Part shown: piece by piece, positions 55,496-64,000 of the stretch
How positions within the stretch are numbered: the first letter of the stretch is position 1
How the letters are laid out: the number at the start of each line of letters is the position of its first letter
Assembly (NCBI RefSeq): GCF_009914755.1
Contig: NC_060947.1
Source of the DNA: the human T2T-CHM13v2.0 reference genome, Homo sapiens
Length of the DNA stretch: 64,000 bases
Direction: 5' to 3' (one strand)
Notes under the pieces: generated by a model
Databases searched by the model: none
What the model was told of the DNA's origin: nothing
The model's input: the letters and a program-made list of their open reading frames with translations, nothing else
Made by a program: the position numbers and the translations under genes

Positions 55496-58029
55496 AGCTA
55501 GTCTTCAAATATGAAGAAGAGATAAAGTATTTCCCAGATAAAAGCTGAGATAATTCACCACCACCTGTCATGTATTATAAGAAATGCTAAAAGGAGTTTT
55601 TCATCCTGAAAGAAAAAGATACTAATGTGCAAAAACAAAACATTTGAAAGTATAAAACCCACTGGCAATTCTAAGTATACGGATAAACCCAGACTACTCT
55701 AATACTGTAATTTTGGTGTGTGATCCACTCATAACTTTATTATAAAGCCCAAAGGACAAATTTATCAAAAACAATAATAACCTCAGCAACCTGTTAAGAG
55801 ACAGGCAATATAAAAATATGAAAATTGAGACAACTTAAGTCTAAATGTGAAAAATGGAATTAAAGTGTAGAGTTGTTTTTTTGTTGTTGTTTTCTTGGTT
55901 TGTTTCTTTTTTTTATTTGTGAGCTAAGACAAGTTGTCATCTTTTAAAAATAAAAGAATGAAAGAAAGAGAAATAAAGCAACAAAATGGCAGTAGTAAGT
56001 CCTTACTTATCAATACTGTCACTGAATGTAAATTGAATCAATTTTTCAATTAAAAGGCACAAAGTGGCTGAATGGATAAATCAGACCCAATATCCACCTC
56101 ATCTATAAAGGCACATAGACCGAAAGTGATGGAGTGTTAAAAGATATTCTATGCAACTAGAAACTTAAAAAGAGCAGGAGTAGCTACACTTATTTTAGAC
56201 AAAATAGGATACAAATCCGAGACTGTAAAAAGAGACAAAGAAGGTCACCACATAATAAAGAAGCCAATTCAGTGAGAGGATATAACAATTGTAAATATCT
56301 ATACACTTAAGCATATAAAGCAAACGTTAATAGATTTAAAGGGAAAGATAGTCTGCAATACAATAATGGCAGGGGACATCAACAACTCAATCTCAGGAAT
56401 GGACAAATTATCCAGACAGAAAGTTAACAAAGAAACATCAGTTAAACTACACACTAAACCAAATAGACATAGATAGTTTCAGAACATTTCACCTCGCTGC
56501 TGCATTACACACATTGTTTTCATCAGCACATGGAACATTCTCTAAAATAGACCATATCTTAGGCCACAAAACAAGTCTCGACAAATTCAAAAAAGTAGAA
56601 ATTAAATCAAGTGTATTTTCTGATCATAGTGGAAGAAAACTAGAAATCAATAATGAGGAAACTCAGAAATACATAAACACATGAAAATTAAACAACATGC
56701 TCTTTATGAATGAGCCAGTAAAAAAAAAAAAAATGAAGAAGGAAATTTAAGAAAATCTTTTGAAAGAAATGAAAAAAAAAAAGCCTACCACATACCAAAA
56801 TCTATGGGATATGGAAAAAGCAGTACGAAGAGGGAAGATTATGGCAATAAATGCTTATATACAAAAGTGGAAGGACTTCAAATAAACAACCAAATGATGC
56901 ACCTCAAGGAAGTAGAAAAGTAAGAACAAACTCAAAATTAATAGAAAAAAAGATAATAAATATTAGAGCAGAAATAAAATTTTGACAAAAAATACAGATC
57001 AATGATATGAAAAGTTGCTTTCTAAGGATAAAATCTATGAACCTTTAGCTAGACTTAGAAAAAAGAGGGAAGACCCTACCTAACATATAAAAATCACCAA
57101 TAAAAAAGAAGCTATGACATTTGGGAGCGCAGAAATACAAAGAAACTTTAGAGACAATTACAAACAATTATATGCCAACAAATTGAAAATCCTAGAAGGA
57201 ATGGATAAATTCCTGGACTCCTATAGCCTACCAAGATTGAACCATGAAAACCTCAACAAACCAATAATGAGTAATGGGGTTGATGCCATAATAAAGATTC
57301 TCCCATCAAAAATGTTTAAAGATCCAAGAATTGACAGCTATACTCTTACATTCTCCAAAACTTTTGAAGAAGAAATAGTCACAATTCTACTCTAGCTCAT
57401 CAAAAATTTGAAGAAGGAAAAGGTCTAAACTCATTCCAAAAGGCTACCATTATCTTGATACAATAACCAGAGAAAGACATAAGAGATGAACATATGCATA
57501 ATTCCTCAACAAAATACTAGCAAACCAAATTCAACAAATTAAAAAGATAATTTGCCAAGATCCAGTAGGATTCATCCTAGTGACTTCAGGATGATTCAAC
57601 ACATGCAAATTAGTAAATGGGATATATTATGTTAATAGAACTAAAGAAAAAAACCCTATGATTATTTCAATACATGCTCAAAAATTATTCAATGAAATTC
57701 AGCATTCTATTATGATTAAAACCCTCAATGAACTAAGTCTTAAAAAAAAAAAAAAACCTCAAAATAACAAGAATCAGATATGGCAAACCCACACCCAACA
57801 TCATACAAAACAGAAAAAAATTGAAAGAGATTTTTCTAAGATCTTGAACAAGTCAAATATGCCCACTTCTCTCACTTTCATTCAACATTATAACTGAAAA
57901 TTCAGGTTAGAGCAATAAGGCAAGATAAAGAAAGACATTCAAATTGGAAAGAAAGAAGCCAAATTAGTCTTGTTTGCAGATGCCAGGATCCTAACACTTG
58001 GAAAAACCTGTAGACTGCAACAAAATAAC

Positions 58030-58348
58030 TTTTTTTTCTTTTTTTCTTTTCTTTTTTTTTTTTTTTTTTGGAGAAAGGGTCTCTGTCACCCAGGCTGGAG
58101 TCCAGTGGCACAATCTTGGCTCACTGCAACATACACATCCTGGGTTCAAGTGATTCTCATGCCTCAGCTTTCCAGGTGTAGCTGGGACTACAGGCATGTG
58201 CCACCATGCCCAGTTAATTTTTGTATTTTTAGTAGAGACGGAGTTTCACCATTATGGCCAGACTGTTCTCAAACTTCTGGCCTCAAGTGATCACCCATCT
58301 CAGCCTCCCAAAGTGCTAGGATTACAAGCGTGAGCCACCATGCACGGC
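58030..58348 (-). mobile_element. AluS (old, Sx/Sz-like)
   Basis: Full dimer; TSD caaaataact. Confidence 0.9.
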
Positions 58349-58787
58349 CTACCAAAATAACTATTAAAGTAGATAAATAAAATCAATAAAATTAAAGAAT
58401 ACAAAAGTATGCAAAATCAGTAGCATTTATATGAGCCAAGAGCAAAAAATCTGAAAAAAATATCAAGAAAGCAATCCAATTTCCAACAGCTACAAGAAAT
58501 ATAAAATGTCTAGGCATCCATTTAACCAAAGAAGTAAAATATGTGTACCAGGAATACTATACAACACTAATGAAAGAAATTTAAAATGATATAAAAACAT
58601 AAAAAGACACTTCATATTTTGAAATTGAAGAATTCATATTGTTAAAATTATAATTTTATTTAAAGCAATTTGCAGATCTAATGCAATCTCTATCAAAATA
58701 CTAATGACATTCTTCATAGAAATAGAAAAAATATTAAAATTTATGTGGTACCACAAAATATATAGTCCCACAAAAATAATCTGAATT

Positions 58788-58930
58788 ATTTTCTCTTTCT
58801 TATAGATGAGGAAATTGAGAATGTACCTCAGAGAGATTAAATAGTTTGCCAAGGTTATAAAGCAAGAAAGTGGCTGAGCTGAGGCTCAAAGAGAGTTCAT
58901 GCTCTCAGGTACCACACCATCCTGTTTCCT
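58788..58930 (-). mobile_element. MIR fragment embedded in L1 ORF2
   Basis: 'ttatagatgaggaaattgag..ctcagagagattaaatagtttgccaaggtta..agtggctgagctgagg..catgctct..cacacc'. Confidence 0.75.
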
Positions 58931-59685
58931 ATGTATATCACATAGATACATAATCTACATGACATTCTTCACAGAAATAGACAAAAAATCATAAAATTTA
59001 TATGGGACCACAAAAGACCCTGATAGCCAAAGCAATCATGAGCAAAAAGAACAAAGCTGGAGACATCATGCTACCTGACTTCAAAACACACTTCAAAGCT
59101 ATAATAACCAAATCAGCATAGTACTCACATAAAAACAGACACACAGACCAATAAAACTGAATAAAGGACACACATATAAATCCACGTATTTACAGCCAAC
59201 TCATTTTTGATAAACGTGCCACAAACATACAATAGTGAAAGAACAGGCTCTTCAATAAATGGTTCTGGGAAAATTGGATATTCATATGCAAAATATGAAA
59301 CTAGATCCCTATCTCTCATCATACACAAAAATCAAATTAATATGGATTAATGACTTGCATGTAAGACCTGAAACTATGAAACTACTAGAAGGAAACATTA
59401 GGAAAACAATATAGGACATTGCTCTGGGCAAAATTTTTTACTATAAGATTTCAAAACCTCAGGCAAGCAAAGCTAAAATAGACAAAGGGGATCACATAAA
59501 GCTAAAAAAGAAACTGTACAACAAAAGAAATAATCAATAAAGTGAAAAGAGGACCAAGAGAAGAGGAGAAAATATTTGCAAACTATTCATCTGACAACGG
59601 ATTAATAATCAGAGCATATAAGGAGCTTAAACAACTCAACAGCAAAAATTAAAACCCAAATAATTGGATTAAAAATGAACAAAGG

Positions 59686-59978
59686 GGCTGGGTGTGGTGG
59701 CTCACTCCTGTAATCTCAGCACTTTGGGAGGCCTAGGCAGGTGGATCATGAGGTCAGGAGATAGAGACAATCCAGGCCAACACGATGAAACCCCATCTCT
59801 ACTAAAAATACAAAACATTAGCTGGGCGTGGTGGCACGCACCTGTAGTCCCAGCTCCTCGGGAGTCTGAGGCAGGATAATCGCTTGAACCCTGGAGGAGG
59901 AGGTTGCAGTGAGCCAAGATCGCACCAGCCTGGGCAATAGAGCTAGACTCCATCTCAAAAAAAAAACAAAAAAAAAAA
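59686..59978 (+). mobile_element. AluSc-like
   Basis: Full dimer with a small right-arm deletion; TSD gaacaaagg. Confidence 0.9.
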
Positions 59979-61860
59979 CGGAACAAAGGATCTGAATATA
60001 CATTTCTCAAAAGAAGACACACGAATAGCCAATAAGTACATGAAACAATGCTCAACATCAGTAATCATCATATAAATGTTAACCAAAATCACAGTCAGTG
60101 AGCTGGCATCTCATCCCAGTTAAAATGCCTGTTGTCAAAACCACAGGCAATTAAAGATGGTGGCAAGGGTGTGAAGAAAGAGGAACACTTACACCCTGTT
60201 GGTGAAAATATAAAATAGCATATCCACTATGGAAAACCATATGGAGCTTCCCCCCAAAATAACTAAAAATAGAACTACCACATGATCCAGCAATTCCACC
60301 ACTGGGTGTATATACAAGAGAAAAAAATCAATATAGAAAATAGATATATGCATTTCCATGTTTATTGCAGCACAATAGCCAAAATATAGAATCAACCTAA
60401 ATGTCCAGAATGGAGAACAAAAATGGGATAGATATACACAGTGAAATATTATTCAGTCATGAAAAGAATGAATTTTTGTCATTTGAAGGAACATAGATGG
60501 AACTAGAGGTCATTACGTTAAGTGACATAAGTCAGGCACAGAAAGACAAATACTGCATGTTCTCACTCATGTGGGAGCTAAAAAAGTGAATCTCACAGAG
60601 TAGATTGTGGTTATCAGAGACTGAGAAAGGAAAGGAATGGGACAACAAAAAGAGGTTGATTAATGGGCACAATTATATAGTTTGATAGAAAAAATAATAC
60701 GTAGTGTTTGATAAATCAGTAAGGTAATTATAGTTTATAATAATCTATTGTATATTTCAAAAATAGCTAGAAAATAATAATTTAAATGTTTCTCGCATAA
60801 ATAAAAGACAAATATTTAAGTTGATGAATATTCTAATTACATTGCTCGCTATAAATTATATAAATATTAAATTATTATATATGTTGAAAATATTCACATC
60901 TACTATGTAACAATAATAAATGAAATTGTTTTAAAAATGCTCAACATCACTAATCATCATGAAAATACAATTCAAAACCATGATGAGATATTTCACTAGA
61001 GTTAAAATGCCTATTTTCAATCAGAGAAAAGATAACATGCTGGTGATTATGTGGAGAAAATGGATCTTTTATACATTGTTGTTATAATCAGAAATTAGTA
61101 TAGCCATTATGGAAAACAGTATGAAGGTATCTCAAAACTGTAAAAATACAACTACCATATAATCCAGCAATTCCACTAGTGGATGTTTATCTAGAGAAAA
61201 GGTAATCAGTATATCAAAAAGATATGTGCACTCTCATGTTTATTGCAGCATTATTCACAATAGCCAAGATATAAAATTATCTTCAATATTAATCAACAGA
61301 TAAATAGATAAAATAAAGGTAGTACACATACACAATCCATTTTTGTTCAGGGTTAAAAAAGAATAAAATGCTGTCATTCACAGAAACATAGATGAGCCTT
61401 GAGTATACTATGTTAAGTGAAATAAGTCAGGTACATAAAGATAAATACCACATATCGTTCCTCATATGCGGGAGCTAATAAACAAGTTGAGAGAAAGTAC
61501 AATTTTACTCTCATAGAGAGTATAAAATTGTGGTTGTTACAGGCTAGGAAGGGGAAGTGGAGGGGAGGATAGGGAATATTTAGTTAACAGATAGAAAATT
61601 ACAGCTACATGGAAGGAATAAGTTTTAATGTTAGGTGGCACTGCAGAGTGACAACAGTTAATTATAATTAATTGTAGTTTTTCGAAGAGCTAAAAAATTA
61701 TTTTGAATGTTTACAGCACAGATAAATGATAAATGTTGTGGGTGATAGATATACTAATTATCCTGATTCGGTTATTCCACATTGTATATATCTATTAAAT
61801 TATCACTCTATATCCCATAAATACAACCAATTATTAGGTGCCAATTATAGAAAAAGACAA

Positions 61861-62600
61861 AAAGAGAAAAATCCTTAAATTAGTAATCTGATTATATACC
61901 TTAAGCAATTAGAAAAAAAACAAACAAACCAAACCCAACATTAACAGAAGTAAGAAAATAATAAAGATTAGAATGTAGATAAATAAAATGGAGAATAGAA
62001 AAACAATAGAAAAAATCAATGAAACTAAGAGCTCTTCAAAAGCGTCAGCAAAGTTGATAAACCTTTAGGAAAGTGACTTACAAAAAGAGAGTAGACTCAA
62101 ACGTCTAAAATGAGATATGAAACTAAGGACTGAAAATAGATAGTGGTGACAGCTGCTCAGCATTGTGAGTGTTAATAATGCCTCTCCATTTCACAGTTAA
62201 AAATGATTAAAATGGCAACTTTTATGTTATATGTATTTTATCACAATGAAAATAAATCTATTAAATACTTATCTATTCTATAATGTGAATGAAGCTTTTA
62301 ACCATTATGGTAAATAAAAGGAGTCAGAAACAAAGTTTCATGTATTGTATGCTTTTGTTTTTATGAAAAGTCCAGAATAGACAAATCTATAAGGACAGCA
62401 CACAGGGGAAATATGCATATTGAGATTGATTTCTAACATGTGTGGAGTTTCTTTATGGAGTGATGGTAATGTTTTGGGATCTGATAATGGGGCTGTTTCC
62501 ACAACATTTTGAGTATACTAAAAAACTACTAAATTTTAATTTTAAAATGGTACTTTTTGCTGCATACATTTTATTTCAATTTAAAATTTTATTTAAAAAA
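61861..62600 (+). mobile_element. L1M ORF2 fragment followed by two L1MB-like 3' ends (62131-62250 and 62280-62600)
   Basis: 'aatcaatgaaactaagagct'; 'agatagtggtgacagctgc..ttttatgttatatgtattttatcacaat'; 'tccagaatagacaaatctata'. Confidence 0.7.
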
Positions 62601-63016
62601 GCTATGCCTTTATTTCTGCACTAAGTTAATATCAATCACTTCTAATTTTCCTCTTATTGCTTTATTCATTATTCATATTCAGTATGAAATAAAGATGTGA
62701 AAATAGCTTTCAAAACAATTATTATTAGGAATGAAATAACACTATAGAGAAAAATCAGTGAATTGTTTTTAAATTATACCTTAGGAAAATGAAAAGCATC
62801 ATTAGTACATAAATTCCATAATATAGAAACAAATTATTTACTATTATTCAGCACAGAAATATTAAAATAAAAAGTGGTAACATATAGGAATTGATCTTAG
62901 AGACAGAGCACTAAAGACTTTTACCCCAGCAAGTGGCAGCTCAACCTTTAATGTATTTCAGAAAAAATTATAGATAGGAAAATATTAGGAGGAAAATCAC
63001 CTGGAAATGTTCTACC

Positions 63017-63319
<303 letters not shown>

Positions 63320-63573
63320 ATGTTCTACTTATATAATGAGTCTATTATAGTAGTAATTTTTAAATGCCATAATATTTTCAGTCACTTTTTAAAAAATTAA
63401 TCTTCGAAGAGTTATTTTCGAACACCATTTAAACTTAAACATTGCTAGGAGAGTTAGAAGGAAAAAGAAGAAACACTACTCTAGAAAAAAATGTTTTAAA
63501 TGCAGCAAAAATAAGTTTTACTTATTCTAAATAGATCTCTAATTACCTCGAGGTAATCTTTAAGAAGAAATAG

Positions 63574-63826
63574 GGCTGGGCGCCGTGGTTCATGCCTATA
63601 ATCCCAGCACTTCGGGAGGCCGAGGCGGGTGGATCACCTGAGGTCAGGAGTTCGAGACCAGCCTAACCAATATGGTGAAACCCCGTTTCTACTAAAAATA
63701 TAAAAATTAGCAGGGCGTGGTGGTGTGCACCTGTAGTCCCAACTACACGGAAGGCTGAGACAGGAGAATTGCTTGAAGCCGGAGCCAGCCTGGGCTACAG
63801 AGTAAGACTCCGTTTCAAATAAAAAA
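63574..63826 (+). mobile_element. AluSx-like with a right-arm deletion
   Basis: 'gcttgaagccggagccagcctggg' junction; TSD aagaagaaata. Confidence 0.92.
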
Positions 63827-64000
63827 AGAAGAAATAACCTCCCCAGTGAGCCATACGTCAGCCACACACAACAGGTATGGTTTAAATTATCTCATAAATA
63901 GTGGAAATAAATTACATATGAAAAAATTACTAAATATATGTCTAATAAATTAGAATTTATCTTGCTTTTATGTTGCTTCTCTACTCTTGTAAAAATAAAA

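Larger units (their letters stand above)
53525..60930 (+). mobile_element. Near full-length L1MA4/5-like element (5' UTR, ORF1, ORF2, 3' UTR)
   Basis: Starts 'tttcaaaatggcagcatag'; ORF1 ~54360-55620; ORF2 from 'aaaatggcagtagtaagtccttactta' (~55985); ends 'catctactatgtaacaataataaa'. Confidence 0.85.
52915..61860 (+). mobile_element. Older L1MA host (52915-53522 plus 60933-61860), split by a full-length L1
   Basis: Stops at 'aaaaaattttcaaca' and resumes at 'aaaaatgctcaacatcactaatcatc'. Confidence 0.8.

Noticed and set aside
63542-63557. Perfect 16-bp palindrome attacctcgaggtaat
   Set aside because: About one is expected by chance in 64 kb, and there is no supporting context

Overview
Primate (probably human-like) AT-rich, gene-poor DNA made almost entirely of decayed interspersed repeats. 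By eye it is roughly 60-65% LINE-1 (L1M, L1MA, L1PB and L1PA-type, including three near full-length copies), about 20% LTR/ERV sequence (an ancient ERVL-class provirus with RT, RNase H and integrase remnants, a complete THE1 MaLR, and several MER4-group LTRs), plus 14 Alus, MIR/L2 fragments and a MER5A. I found no host protein-coding exon, RNA gene or CRISPR-type system. The longer listed ORFs are L1 ORF2, MaLR, ERV or Alu remnants, and the rest are short chance frames. I do not see a new biological system. The notable signals are unusual retrotransposition and repair products: a polyadenylated, TSD-flanked retrocopy of an LTR 3' end; a probable 1.4-kb L1 3' transduction; two full-length L1s with internal inversions that keep their 5' halves; a MIR-bearing segment captured inside a younger L1; a tailless L1 with a 29-bp duplication; and an ERV RNase H segment duplicated upstream of pol. 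Subfamily names come from recalled consensus motifs rather than a database search, and boundaries are approximate.
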